Source: a virus (taxonomy: Duplodnaviria; Caudoviricetes). From it: 55,622 nt of DNA. Made by a program: the position numbers and the translations under genes. Below are positions 1 to 9,779 of the stretch, piece by piece. Below the pieces are notes generated by a model that ran no database searches, had not been told where the DNA came from, and saw nothing but the letters and a program-made list of their open reading frames with translations. Positions within the stretch are counted from its first letter, which is position 1, and every line of letters begins with the position of its first letter. Location: IMG/VR virus record IMGVR_UViG_3300042260_000361, positions 1 through 55,622 of that record. One strand, written 5' to 3'.

Positions 1-1
1 T

Positions 2-586
2 AATGCCAAAATTTCAAAATTACAAAAAGAATTTGGATTAGGAGATACTGCAGGAGTTGCCGAATATCATCAAGCATGGTGGGAAAACTTTGTAGATAAA
101 AAATCACCATTAAAATTAGATAATAATACTAAAATGGGATTAGTTAAAAGATGGGCATTTGGTGAAAAAGGATTTAGAATAGATTCCAAAAATATAACAG
201 ACCCTAAAGTATTAGATTGGGCTACTAAAATTGATAAAGAAGATCAAGGAAAGATTACTAAAGAAAATTTAATGAAATTTGAAGATATTTTCTTAGGAGT
301 TGGTGCAGAAGTTCTTTCATTTACATCATCAGTATTGACGGTTAATCCGGATAAGGCAGTTAGGGATATGAAGAAACGATTAGACCAAACTATTAGTGAT
401 GTTAAGAAATCAGGTGACCCTAAAAAGATTGAAAAATTAAAATTAGAATTAAGAAGATTATCTGCAGTAGGTGGAGTTGATAAGATAGTTCCAATTGAAG
501 GTATTGTATTTGTTTACAATGGTAAAACTTTTAAATTAACGGGAAGTTTCGCATCGTTGAATCAATTATTGGGAATATTTTACTAA
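2..586 (+). CDS. 5'-truncated hypothetical phage protein with a C-terminal EGIVF...KLTG motif (possibly nucleotidyltransferase/ligase-like)
   Basis: The frame is open from position 2 through the ATG at 134 to TAA at 586, so the ORF-track start is probably internal. The fold guess rests on one short motif. Confidence 0.55.
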   Translation, partial: NAKISKLQKEFGLGDTAGVAEYHQAWWENFVDKKSPLKLDNNTKMGLVKRWAFGEKGFRIDSKNITDPKVLDWATKIDKEDQGKITKENLMKFEDIFLGVGAEVLSFTSSVLTVNPDKAVRDMKKRLDQTISDVKKSGDPKKIEKLKLELRRLSAVGGVDKIVPIEGIVFVYNGKTFKLTGSFASLNQLLGIFY

Positions 587-663
587 TTTTTTTAAAAAAA
601 TATTGATTTTTTAGTTTTAATATATGTATATATATTAGAATAAAGAACCTAATATATAAAATT

Positions 664-1323
664 ATGGCAAAGGAGTTTCAAAAAAAATTTATGCACCCAA
701 CTCGTAGAAAGTTGGTTGATATGGTTATGAGTGGGGGTGATTATGATAAAAATACCCAAATAGGATATACACCAGAAACAATTGAACGTAAAGTTGGTGA
801 TGTTTGGGAAGATGGCTATAATCGATATGAGAAAAAAGAAGGATACACCTTAAAGACAGGTAAAAACTCCGAAGCATTTAACGATATTAGAAAATGGTTA
901 AATGACCAAAAAGAATGTAAAAATATTGAATGTAAAAGAGTTAAAAAAAGTAAAACTGATTTAAAACTGATACAAAAAACTGGTTATTGTATTGATTGTT
1001 TAGCAAAAATCGAAACCGATATTAAACTTAAAGGTATTTGGCAAGAATATCAAGATTACAAAGTTTATACTCGTATGATTATTGAAGGTAAAATCAAATT
1101 AGAACAAATCAAACAATCGTTGGATGAAGTTAAACCATTTTATGAATACATCAACGAAGATGGTTCAGTTGAAAAATGGGAATTACCACAATCGGTAGAT
1201 GAAATCAAAAAAGAAATTAAAGAATTTATCGAAAGTGGTGAAATCGAATTAAAAGAAATAGAAGACAAACGAAACGAAGCGTTTGAGGTTATACGAAAAA
1301 ACAATTATGAACATTATTTGTAA
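664..1323 (+). CDS. Hypothetical protein with a Cys cluster (CKNIEC...CIDC, possible Zn binding)
   Basis: 219-aa ORF preceded by an ATATGTATA late-promoter-like motif at 622-630. Confidence 0.6.
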   Translation: MAKEFQKKFMHPTRRKLVDMVMSGGDYDKNTQIGYTPETIERKVGDVWEDGYNRYEKKEGYTLKTGKNSEAFNDIRKWLNDQKECKNIECKRVKKSKTDLKLIQKTGYCIDCLAKIETDIKLKGIWQEYQDYKVYTRMIIEGKIKLEQIKQSLDEVKPFYEYINEDGSVEKWELPQSVDEIKKEIKEFIESGEIELKEIEDKRNEAFEVIRKNNYEHYL

Positions 1324-1336
1324 AAAGGATTAATTT

Positions 1337-1720
1337 ATGAGAGACATTAAATCAACCATTTTACTATTAATCATTATTGGATTAGCCGGATATAATATCT
1401 TTTTCACTAAGCAGTTGAGAACGGATATTGATGGTTACAATTCGAAGATTGATAGTATTCAAACCGAAGTTGACTCGGTTGTATTAGTTAACAAAGAATT
1501 AGATAGACATATCGACAAACTTCATCAAGAAGTATTAATAGTTGATAAGAATGTTACAAGTGTGCAAAATAAAATAACAACAATAAAGGAAAAAACAAAT
1601 GAGAAAGTTAATAACGTTGACAATTATGCTATCCATGACCTTTACCAGTTTTTCTCAAACCGTTACGAAAACGGACTCGATAGTTCCGTTAAAAGTTCCG
1701 GTAGCAAAACTAGTAATTAA
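1337..1720 (+). CDS. Membrane-anchored coiled-coil protein, i-spanin-like
   Basis: N-terminal hydrophobic segment ILLLIIIGLAGYNIFF followed by a heptad coiled coil; overlaps the next gene. Confidence 0.5.
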   Translation: MRDIKSTILLLIIIGLAGYNIFFTKQLRTDIDGYNSKIDSIQTEVDSVVLVNKELDRHIDKLHQEVLIVDKNVTSVQNKITTIKEKTNEKVNNVDNYAIHDLYQFFSNRYENGLDSSVKSSGSKTSN

Positions 1721-2009
1721 GGATATACTTAGAGGTGATGGTGCAATCCAACAATTAGAAGAAACTGAAAAGGTACTTGAATTGACTAATCAAAAATTAG
1801 CATTGAAGGAAAATATATTATCAGTTTTAAATTCTAAAGTAACTAATTTAGATTATATCATTAAACAAAAAGATGAGCAATTTAAATTAGAAAGAAGTAA
1901 ATCGGAAGAATTAATTAAAGAAATTAAACAAGTTAGAAGAAATGCATTTTTCTATAAAGTTGGTTCATTCGTTGGAATCATAACTACTACTTTATTTTTA
2001 TTAAAATAA
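1599..2009 (+). CDS. Secreted coiled-coil protein with C-terminal membrane anchor (putative spanin partner)
   Basis: Signal peptide MRKLITLTIMLSMTFTSFS|Q, coiled coil, C-terminal VGSFVGIITTTLFLL; 122-nt overlap with the upstream gene. Confidence 0.5.
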   Translation: MRKLITLTIMLSMTFTSFSQTVTKTDSIVPLKVPVAKLVIKDILRGDGAIQQLEETEKVLELTNQKLALKENILSVLNSKVTNLDYIIKQKDEQFKLERSKSEELIKEIKQVRRNAFFYKVGSFVGIITTTLFLLK

Positions 2010-2014
2010 ATTAA

Positions 2015-3592
2015 ATGGCTTCTTTAAAAGACATAATTAAATTAGAGTATTCTAAGTGTGCTTCGGATCCTATATACTTTATGAAAAAGTATTGTATGAT
2101 TCAACACCCGGTCCGCGGAAAAATTCCATTTCACTTATTTCCGTTTCAGGACAGAACCTTAGTAGAATTTAAAGACCATAGATATAACATTGTATTAAAA
2201 TCCCGACAAACAGGTATTTCTACTTTGGTTGCGGGATTTTCCCTTTGGAAGATGTTATTTAATCAAGATTACAACGTATTGGTAATTGCAACAAAACAAG
2301 AAGTTGCGAAAAACTTAATTACCAAAATTAGAGTAATGAATCAGTATCTACCAAGTTGGTTAAAACAAGATACGGTAGAAGATAATAAACTTTCACTTAG
2401 ATATGCAAATGGTTCTCAAGCAAAGGCAACTTCATCTTCTGGAGATGCAGGTCGTTCTGAAGCCTTATCTCTATTAGTATTTGACGAGGCTGCGTTTATC
2501 GATAATATTGAGGAAATTTGGATATCTGCACAATCTACGTTATCAACGGGTGGTAGTGCAATTATTCTTTCTACTCCAAATGGTGTGGGTAATTTCTTTC
2601 ACAGAACATGGGTAGGTGCAGAAGAAGGAACAAACGATTTCAATACAATTCGATTACACTGGTCAGTTCATCCAGAACGAGATCAAAGTTGGAGAGATGA
2701 ACAAGCAAGATTATTAGGACCAAAGGGTGCAGCACAAGAATGTGATTGTGACTTCGTAAGTTCCGGTGATACTGTCATCGATCCTGAATTACTTATGTTT
2801 TACAAAGAAACATATGTACAAGAACCAATTGAGAAGACTGGATGGGATTCTAACCTATGGAAATGGGAATATCCAAATTATAATAAAGGATATATGGTTG
2901 TTGCCGACGTTGCCCGTGGTGATGGTGGTGACTACTCTGCATGTCATGTCTTTGATATTGAAACTGCAACACAAGTAGCAGAATATAAAGGAAAAATGGA
3001 TACCAAAGATTTCGGTAATTTCTTAGTTGCATTGGCAACCGAATATAATGAAGCACTTTTAGTAATAGAGAACGCGAATATTGGTTGGGCAGTAATTCAA
3101 CAAGTAATTGATAGAGGATATCGTAATTTATTCTATATGAGTAAGGATTTAAAGTATGTAGATGTTCAACATCAACTACATAATAAATTCAGAGCAGAAG
3201 AAAGAGGTATGGTTGCAGGATTCTCTACTACATCTAAAACTCGTCCTTTGATTATTTCTAAATTAGAGGATTATGTTAGAGAAAAATCAGTTACAATTCG
3301 TTCATCGAGGTTAATAGAAGAACTATTTACATTTATATGGGTTGGTAATCGTGCAGAGGCAATGAGAGGGTATAATGATGACTTGGTGATGTCTTTAGGT
3401 ATTGGATTATGGGTTAGAGATACTGCACTTCGTTTAAGACAAGAGGGAGTTGATTTAACTAAAATGGCAATCGGTGGAATTCAACAACATTCATTCACAT
3501 TAGATGGGTTTGGTGGTAATTCATCATTAGATGAGAACCCTTGGAAAATGAGAGTTGGTGATAGAGATGAAGATTTATCACAATGGTTGTAA
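2015..3592 (+). CDS. terL: Terminase large subunit (T4 gp17-like)
   Basis: Walker A KSRQTGIST, Walker B LLVFDEAAF, coupling motif STPNG, nuclease motifs VVADVARG..DYS and NDDLVMS; upstream of the portal. Confidence 0.95.
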   Translation: MASLKDIIKLEYSKCASDPIYFMKKYCMIQHPVRGKIPFHLFPFQDRTLVEFKDHRYNIVLKSRQTGISTLVAGFSLWKMLFNQDYNVLVIATKQEVAKNLITKIRVMNQYLPSWLKQDTVEDNKLSLRYANGSQAKATSSSGDAGRSEALSLLVFDEAAFIDNIEEIWISAQSTLSTGGSAIILSTPNGVGNFFHRTWVGAEEGTNDFNTIRLHWSVHPERDQSWRDEQARLLGPKGAAQECDCDFVSSGDTVIDPELLMFYKETYVQEPIEKTGWDSNLWKWEYPNYNKGYMVVADVARGDGGDYSACHVFDIETATQVAEYKGKMDTKDFGNFLVALATEYNEALLVIENANIGWAVIQQVIDRGYRNLFYMSKDLKYVDVQHQLHNKFRAEERGMVAGFSTTSKTRPLIISKLEDYVREKSVTIRSSRLIEELFTFIWVGNRAEAMRGYNDDLVMSLGIGLWVRDTALRLRQEGVDLTKMAIGGIQQHSFTLDGFGGNSSLDENPWKMRVGDRDEDLSQWL

Positions 3593-3644
3593 AATAGGTA
3601 ATAAATTAGTTTTATATATTTATAGTATAAAGACGAGGAATATT

Positions 3645-4121
3645 ATGATAAAATTACAATCACTACTTAATGAAGAATCTCCATGTTGGAAAGGATATCA
3701 ACAAGTTGGCATGAAAGAAAAAGATGGAAAACAAGTTCCTAATTGTGTTCCAATATCAAATGAATCATATGAAGATGATTATGATGAATTAGATGTAGAA
3801 GATGATGATGAGGAAGACTTTTTAACTTATCTACAATCATATAAAAACGAATTAAAAGAAGCAAACTGCAATTGTGTAAATGAAGCAGAATATCAAGGTA
3901 GAGATGTTCAATTAGGCAAACCAATGGCAGGTGATGTTAAAAAATTCAAAGTATATGTAAAAAATCCACAAGGAAATGTTGTTAAAGTAAATTTCGGACA
4001 AAAAGGTGTTAAAATTAAAAAGAATAACCCTGAAAGAAGAAAATCATTCAGAGCAAGACATAATTGTGAATCACCAGGACCAAGACATAAGGCAAGATAC
4101 TGGTCATGTAGAAAGTGGTAA
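3645..4121 (+). CDS. Modular putative internal head protein (MIKLQSLLNE leader; PCWKGY...PNCVP module; C-terminal RKSFRARHNC...ARYWSC module)
   Basis: Start revised from 3555 to the ATG at 3645, which has GAGGA upstream and a late motif at 3616-3624; lies between terL and portal. Confidence 0.7.
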   Translation: MIKLQSLLNEESPCWKGYQQVGMKEKDGKQVPNCVPISNESYEDDYDELDVEDDDEEDFLTYLQSYKNELKEANCNCVNEAEYQGRDVQLGKPMAGDVKKFKVYVKNPQGNVVKVNFGQKGVKIKKNNPERRKSFRARHNCESPGPRHKARYWSCRKW

Positions 4122-4161
4122 AAAATAAATAATAAAGGTTATAAATTAAAACAGAAAACAA

Positions 4162-5895
4162 ATGGCGGATACTTCATTTTTCGGTAGATTAACTAAACTT
4201 TTCCAATCTAAGGCAGTTGTGACTGTTGATAAAGATGGTAAAAGAAAAGTTTTTGATGCAGATGAAAGACAGCAAACGAATTTATCATCATTAAGAGATA
4301 GATACACAAAAATTCAAAAATCCTTTTTTGAACAAGCAGGTGGTGCACAATCAATGGCATACCAACAAGTTCGTAGAGAAGTATTTAGAGATTATGATGC
4401 AATGGATTGTGATCCAATCTTAGCATCTGCATTAGATATTTACGCGGATGAATCTACATTAAAAAATGAATTTGGTGATATATTAACCGTTCGTTCCGAT
4501 AATCAAAAAGTACAAGAAGTATTAGATAACTTATTTTACGATATTCTTAACGTTGAATTTAACTTATGGCCATGGGTTCGTAATATGTGTAAGTATGGTG
4601 ATTTTTTCTTAGGTTTAGAGATTGCCGAAGGTAAAGGTATCGTAAATGTAACACCCCATTCAGTATATAACACAGAAAGATTAGAAGGACAAGACCCAAA
4701 TAATCCAAATGTAGTTAAATTTAAAGTAACTGAAGACCCGAATGGTAAAGTAGAATACGAAAACTTTGAAATTGCACACTTTCGTTTATTAGCAGATACA
4801 AACTGGTTACCATATGGTAAGTCAATGATTGAAAATGGTAGAAGATTGTGGAAACAATTGAGTTTAATGGAAGATGCAATGTTAATCCATAGAATCATGA
4901 GAGCACCTGAAAAAAGAGTGTTCAAAATTGATATAGGTAACATTCCACCAACTGAAGTAGATAACTATATGCAAAGAATTATCAACAAAATGAAGAAAGT
5001 TCCTTTCGTTGATAAAAATAGTGGTGATTACAACTTAAAATACAACATGCAGAACTTAACGGAAGATTTCTTCTTACCGGTTAGGGGAGGTGATAGTGGA
5101 ACATCAATTGAAAACCTTGCAGGATTAGATTATGCAGCAATTGATGATATTGAATACTTAAAAGCTAAATTATTTGCTGCTCTTAAAATTCCTAAAGCAT
5201 ATTTGGGATATGATGAGAATGTAAATGGTAAAGCAACACTTGCAGCGGAAGATGTTCGTTTTGCAAGAACAATTGAAAGAATCCAAAGGACAGTAGTTTC
5301 AGAATTAAGTAAAATAGCAATCGTGCATTTATACGCACAAGGTATTACTGATTCAGAAATGACTAACTTTGAATTGCAATTAGTTAATCCATCAACTATA
5401 TACGAACAAGAGAAAGTAAATCTTTGGTCAGAAAAAGTTAGATTAGCACAAGATATGCAAGGATTGAATATGTTAAGTAAAGATTGGATTTATGAAAATA
5501 TCTTCAAAATGGCACAAGGTGATCAAACTCGTGAAAGAGGTAAGATTATTGAAGATATTAAAGATAGATTCCGTTATAGTTCTATTGAAAATCAAGGTAA
5601 TGACCCTGCAGTGGAAAGCGAACCTAATGATGTTGAGGAAAGTTTAGAACAAATCAAAACTGAATTAGCAAATAAAGGTGGAAGGCCAAGAGAAGGTAAT
5701 ACCTATGGTAAAGATAAATCACCATTTGGAAGAGACCCATTAGGTGATAAGGAAAATAAAAATGCACTTAAACACAGAACATCTGAAGAAAGAGCATTAC
5801 AATATATCAATGGAATTGCTTCAAAACGTAAATATTTAGCAGAACAAAAAGGTATGTTAGATGAGACTAATATCATCGATGACACGCAAAATTAA
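4162..5895 (+). CDS. Portal protein (T4 gp20-like)
   Basis: MEDAMLIHRIMRAPEKRVFKIDIGN, EDFFLPVRGG, LFAALKIPK and EDVRFARTIERIQ match the gp20 family. Confidence 0.95.
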   Translation: MADTSFFGRLTKLFQSKAVVTVDKDGKRKVFDADERQQTNLSSLRDRYTKIQKSFFEQAGGAQSMAYQQVRREVFRDYDAMDCDPILASALDIYADESTLKNEFGDILTVRSDNQKVQEVLDNLFYDILNVEFNLWPWVRNMCKYGDFFLGLEIAEGKGIVNVTPHSVYNTERLEGQDPNNPNVVKFKVTEDPNGKVEYENFEIAHFRLLADTNWLPYGKSMIENGRRLWKQLSLMEDAMLIHRIMRAPEKRVFKIDIGNIPPTEVDNYMQRIINKMKKVPFVDKNSGDYNLKYNMQNLTEDFFLPVRGGDSGTSIENLAGLDYAAIDDIEYLKAKLFAALKIPKAYLGYDENVNGKATLAAEDVRFARTIERIQRTVVSELSKIAIVHLYAQGITDSEMTNFELQLVNPSTIYEQEKVNLWSEKVRLAQDMQGLNMLSKDWIYENIFKMAQGDQTRERGKIIEDIKDRFRYSSIENQGNDPAVESEPNDVEESLEQIKTELANKGGRPREGNTYGKDKSPFGRDPLGDKENKNALKHRTSEERALQYINGIASKRKYLAEQKGMLDETNIIDDTQN

Positions 5896-5962
5896 TCAAT
5901 CATAAAAAATTTTATATTTATAATAGAGTTTTTGAGTATATCAAAATAAGGATTTGAGTAAA

Positions 5963-6832
5963 ATGAAAAAAATAAAACATTCAAAATTTAAGAATACGGG
6001 TTTTCTTTTCGAACTATTAACCCGTCAGATAACTTTGGAAATTTTAAATAATTCTCCCGAGAAGGCAAAAAATATCGTATCCGAATTTTTTGGTAACGGA
6101 ACAGAATTGTCTAAAGAACTTCGTTTATTTAATTTATTAATAAATGAGAAGTATAATTCTGAAAATAAAGCAGAGAAATTTATCGATGCTATTTTAGATG
6201 CCAGAACAAAGTTAGATGAACAGAAATTGGCTAAACAAAAATATAGTTTAGTTAAATCGATTAAAGAAAATTTTGAAATAGATTCATTCTTAGCATCGCC
6301 AGTAACTAATTACAAAGTTCTTGCATCAATTCACAAATTATTTGAAGCAAAAGCAACAAATGTATTAGATGTAAAAGATGTATTTGATTCTAAACTTACA
6401 TTAGTAGAACATATATCAACTTCAACTCCATCTTTGAAACAAAAAGAAGATAGATTAGTTGAAGATTATAAGAAACAAGAAAAAGATTTAAGATTACTTA
6501 CTTATAAGATTCTTGTTGAAACTTTCAATAAAAAATATTCTAACTTAAATGATTCTCAAAAATTATTATTGAGAGAATATATCAACAACGTAACCAACAC
6601 TTCTAAATTTGGTGAGTATTATTCCAACGAATTGAAAAAAGTTGTAACCGAATTACATTCCATTTATACATCAATGGACGATACGATTACAAAAATTAAA
6701 TTAAAGGAAACTATTAATGTCTTAAAAAATCAAAAATTTGGTAAAAAAATTACCGATGAACAGGTTTCTGCATTAATGATGGGATTTGAACTTATAAAGG
6801 AAATACAGAATGTTAAGAAGCGAATCTCTTAA
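5963..6832 (+). CDS. Head-module hypothetical protein
   Basis: Helical, Lys-rich ORF right after the portal. ATG at 5963 preferred over TTG at 5954 (AAGGA about 10 nt upstream). Late motif at 5914-5922. Confidence 0.65.
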   Translation: MKKIKHSKFKNTGFLFELLTRQITLEILNNSPEKAKNIVSEFFGNGTELSKELRLFNLLINEKYNSENKAEKFIDAILDARTKLDEQKLAKQKYSLVKSIKENFEIDSFLASPVTNYKVLASIHKLFEAKATNVLDVKDVFDSKLTLVEHISTSTPSLKQKEDRLVEDYKKQEKDLRLLTYKILVETFNKKYSNLNDSQKLLLREYINNVTNTSKFGEYYSNELKKVVTELHSIYTSMDDTITKIKLKETINVLKNQKFGKKITDEQVSALMMGFELIKEIQNVKKRIS

Positions 6833-8228
6833 AAAATATATTGATGAAATCATTTCCGAAGTTGAAAAGGAATTAGATGAGGCAACTACAACCGGTGATA
6901 TTGCTGGTTATGAAACTCCTAATGCGTTTTCCGATGGTAGTGATGCAACAAAAAGACGTAAAAAGAAAATTGCAACTCAATTGGGTATGCAATTAGTTGG
7001 TAAGGTTGAATCAGTAAATGAAGCACACACTTCATTCGTATCAGGTAACTCTGGTAGAACTATAACTCATTTAGATAATAAAAAATATCAATTAACAAAA
7101 GATATAAAAGGTGCACAAATTGGAAACTATCATAGTGTAGTTTTACCAAAAGGAAGTATTATCACAAATCTTCCAGGCGGGGTATTTGCAAGTCATCCAT
7201 CTTTAAAGGATAGATTTTCTGGTATTAAAGAAACTCCAAACTTTGGTTTTAGAGTAACAACAAATCCAGATACCTTAATAGCAATTGAAAAATCTTCAAA
7301 AATATTAGAATCAGTAAATGAAATCATGATAACCGAAAAACAATTCAAAGGTTTAGAAGGTATTCCTGCAAATACATCATTAGAAAAAATTACTAAAGAC
7401 CAAAAATTAAAAATAATTAAAGGTGTTGGTAATATAATTGATTTTATTGTTCCAAAAGGATTAAGTAGAAACTTTTGGCAAGTTATTGGAACTGGTAAGA
7501 TAAAGAAAAACTTATCGGGTGAATACTATTTAGAAGGTAAGATAATCAGTTCACCGATGTTTAAATCTATTGATGATTTAATTGATGGTGTAAAATGGAA
7601 ATCTATGGAAGAAAGACGTAGATTTAACGAATCAGTAAATGAAGAATCTGAAGGTTTGTGGGCAAATATACGAGCTAAAAGAGCTAGAGGTGAAAAACCT
7701 GCACCTAAAAATTCAAAAGCATATAAAGATGCGGTAAAAGCAGGAAAAGAAATAAATAAAAACGAATCTGTTAATGAATATAACTTAAATGATATTATTA
7801 AACAGGTTAAAACTTATGATAACCCAAAAGATGAAAAACTTTTGACAATCAAAGTGATAAATAAACTTAAAGATAGTAGAAATAAATCAAACCCATCTAA
7901 AAAAATCGAAATTCAAAAAATCATCGATACTATTGAGGGTGATTACAAAAAAGGTAAGTATCTTAAATTAGAATCAGTAAATGAAAATCGTTGGTTAGAA
8001 TTGAAAAATGATAATTCTATGCATGCTAATAAAAAACTTGCAATAGGGTTAAAGGAGTTAAAATACCAATTATCTGAAGTTGAAACTTTTTTACGTTGGT
8101 ATAATCAAATCAAAACAATGAATGAATTAGATTCAAATCAATATTGGAAAAGAACAAATTCTCATATTTATAAGATAAAAGAACGAATAATCAATATAGC
8201 AAGAACATTGCAGGAGATAGAAAAATAA
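6810..8228 (+). CDS. Putative internal-head polyprotein with five ESVNE-delimited modules
   Basis: ESVNE at aa 67, 167, 274, 319 and 388; lies between the portal and the prohead protease. Confidence 0.7.
   Translation: MLRSESLKKYIDEIISEVEKELDEATTTGDIAGYETPNAFSDGSDATKRRKKKIATQLGMQLVGKVESVNEAHTSFVSGNSGRTITHLDNKKYQLTKDIKGAQIGNYHSVVLPKGSIITNLPGGVFASHPSLKDRFSGIKETPNFGFRVTTNPDTLIAIEKSSKILESVNEIMITEKQFKGLEGIPANTSLEKITKDQKLKIIKGVGNIIDFIVPKGLSRNFWQVIGTGKIKKNLSGEYYLEGKIISSPMFKSIDDLIDGVKWKSMEERRRFNESVNEESEGLWANIRAKRARGEKPAPKNSKAYKDAVKAGKEINKNESVNEYNLNDIIKQVKTYDNPKDEKLLTIKVINKLKDSRNKSNPSKKIEIQKIIDTIEGDYKKGKYLKLESVNENRWLELKNDNSMHANKKLAIGLKELKYQLSEVETFLRWYNQIKTMNELDSNQYWKRTNSHIYKIKERIINIARTLQEIEK
7008..7985 (+). 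repeat. Five in-frame 15-nt direct repeats GAATCAGTAAATGAA (ESVNE) separated by unrelated spacers of 285, 306, 120 and 192 nt
   Basis: Exact copies at 7008, 7308, 7629 and 7971; synonymous variant GAATCTGTTAATGAA at 7764. Confidence 0.95.
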
Positions 8229-8707
8229 TGAAAATCACAAAAGAACAATTTAAGAAAATCGTTAAAGAGGTTTTAACCGAAGAAAACGAATATCAAGCAT
8301 TCTTTCAAAAAGCGTTAGATAAAGCTGGAAAATCAATTCCATCTATGAGTGATGAGGAAAAGAAAGCATTCTTTGATAAAATCGATGCATCGTGGAATGG
8401 TAGAGGAGAAAAATCTGAAGCATTAGTTGGTGGTCAAAAAGAATTAGATGTGGATGGTGATGGTGATATCTCTGGCGATGATTTAGCAGATTTAAGAGCT
8501 GGTAAAAAAGCAGACGAATCGGTAATAAAAGAAGAAGAAGAGATTAAATGGAATGCAGTTGAAAACGCAATCATTAACTTTCTAAAAATGAACACAAAGA
8601 TTTTAGATAAAAGAGTTAAAGATAAAGACACTGCAGGCGTTAAGGGTGGGTTACAATCAATCATTGATGGTTTAACTAACGCACAACGTAGTTTAAAATT
8701 AAAATAA
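8228..8707 (+). CDS. Modular putative head/internal protein with an EF-hand-like loop (DVDGDGDISGDD)
   Basis: N-terminal ...VKEVLTE segment, DxDxDG loop, DESVIKE junction; GGAG upstream. Confidence 0.6.
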   Translation: MKITKEQFKKIVKEVLTEENEYQAFFQKALDKAGKSIPSMSDEEKKAFFDKIDASWNGRGEKSEALVGGQKELDVDGDGDISGDDLADLRAGKKADESVIKEEEEIKWNAVENAIINFLKMNTKILDKRVKDKDTAGVKGGLQSIIDGLTNAQRSLKLK

Positions 8708-8721
8708 TATAAAGGATAGAT

Positions 8722-9315
8722 ATGAAATCATTATTAATAGAAACTAACCTATTTGAAGGTAAGGTAAATGAGGATGAAGGTGGGAGAACTCTTGTAAAGG
8801 GTATCCTACAACGTGCTGGTGCCGAAAATCAAAATGGTAGAGTATATCCTATGGAAATTCTAAGAAGAGAAGCTCAAAAATACGAGCAACTTATTAAAGA
8901 ACGTAGAGCGTTGGGAGAATTAGACCATCCAGATTCATCTGTAATCAATTTAAAGAACGTTTCTCATAACATTAAGGAAATCCATTGGGAAGGTAATGAT
9001 TTGTGTGGGACAGTTGAAATACTACCAACTCCATCGGGTAATATCTTAAAAGAATTATTAAGAGCGGGAATCCTTTTAGGAATTTCTTCTCGAGGTATGG
9101 GTTCAGTATCACCAATGGGTGAAGGTAAAGTAAAAGTAGGTGAAGATTTTGAATTAATTGGTTGGGATTTTGTTTCTAACCCATCTACACATGGTGCATT
9201 TATGACACCATTACAAGAATCCGTAAATAAACAAATACAAGAACAAGCAGTAGTATGTGGTGATTTCTGTAAGGCACAAGACCTTATGAGAGAAATTATT
9301 ACTGAATTAGCATAA
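8722..9315 (+). CDS. Prohead core protease (T4 gp21-like)
   Basis: NQNGRVYP, ALGELDHP, GISSRGMGS and DFVSNPSTHGA motifs. Confidence 0.95.
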   Translation: MKSLLIETNLFEGKVNEDEGGRTLVKGILQRAGAENQNGRVYPMEILRREAQKYEQLIKERRALGELDHPDSSVINLKNVSHNIKEIHWEGNDLCGTVEILPTPSGNILKELLRAGILLGISSRGMGSVSPMGEGKVKVGEDFELIGWDFVSNPSTHGAFMTPLQESVNKQIQEQAVVCGDFCKAQDLMREIITELA

Positions 9316-9326
9316 GGAATACAACT

Positions 9327-9761
9327 ATGGCATTCTCAATACAAGATTATTTAGAACATAACAAAATCGAATTAGGTAAAATCACTAAAGAAGTTGGTGA
9401 TACTCCATATAAAGGTGGTCATAACGATATTCGTAAAACAAATTACGATGTTAAGATTAAAGAAGATGGTAAGTTAGATTTATATACTCATAAGACAGTA
9501 TTAACTGAATCTACATTAAACGAAGCATCAGAAATTAAAATAAATGAATTAGATTCTACTAAACAAAAACAAGTTCAAGCATTTGTAAAGTTTTTTGGTG
9601 GTAAAGTTATTACAATTTGGGATGGTATTCATGGTAATATCGTTGATATTAAAATGTCTGAATCAAATTGGAGAATGGATACACAAGATTTAAAAGACTT
9701 AATTTCATTGAAAATTAGATGGATAGAATTTGATAAACAAACGGTCTCAATCGGATTTTAA
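9327..9761 (+). CDS. Putative two-module head/internal protein
   Basis: Central LTESTLNE junction; located in the head cluster; AAGGA upstream. Confidence 0.55.
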   Translation: MAFSIQDYLEHNKIELGKITKEVGDTPYKGGHNDIRKTNYDVKIKEDGKLDLYTHKTVLTESTLNEASEIKINELDSTKQKQVQAFVKFFGGKVITIWDGIHGNIVDIKMSESNWRMDTQDLKDLISLKIRWIEFDKQTVSIGF

Positions 9762-9779
9762 AATATAGGAATAATAAAG

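Noticed and set aside
3555-3644. ORF-track upstream extensions at 3555, 14752, 17201 and 52022
   Set aside because: They overlap upstream genes, terminators or promoters; downstream ATGs have better initiation context.
7008-7985. ESVNE repeats as a CRISPR array
   Set aside because: The repeats are 15 nt, in frame and non-palindromic, with 120-306 nt spacers inside an ORF and no cas genes nearby.
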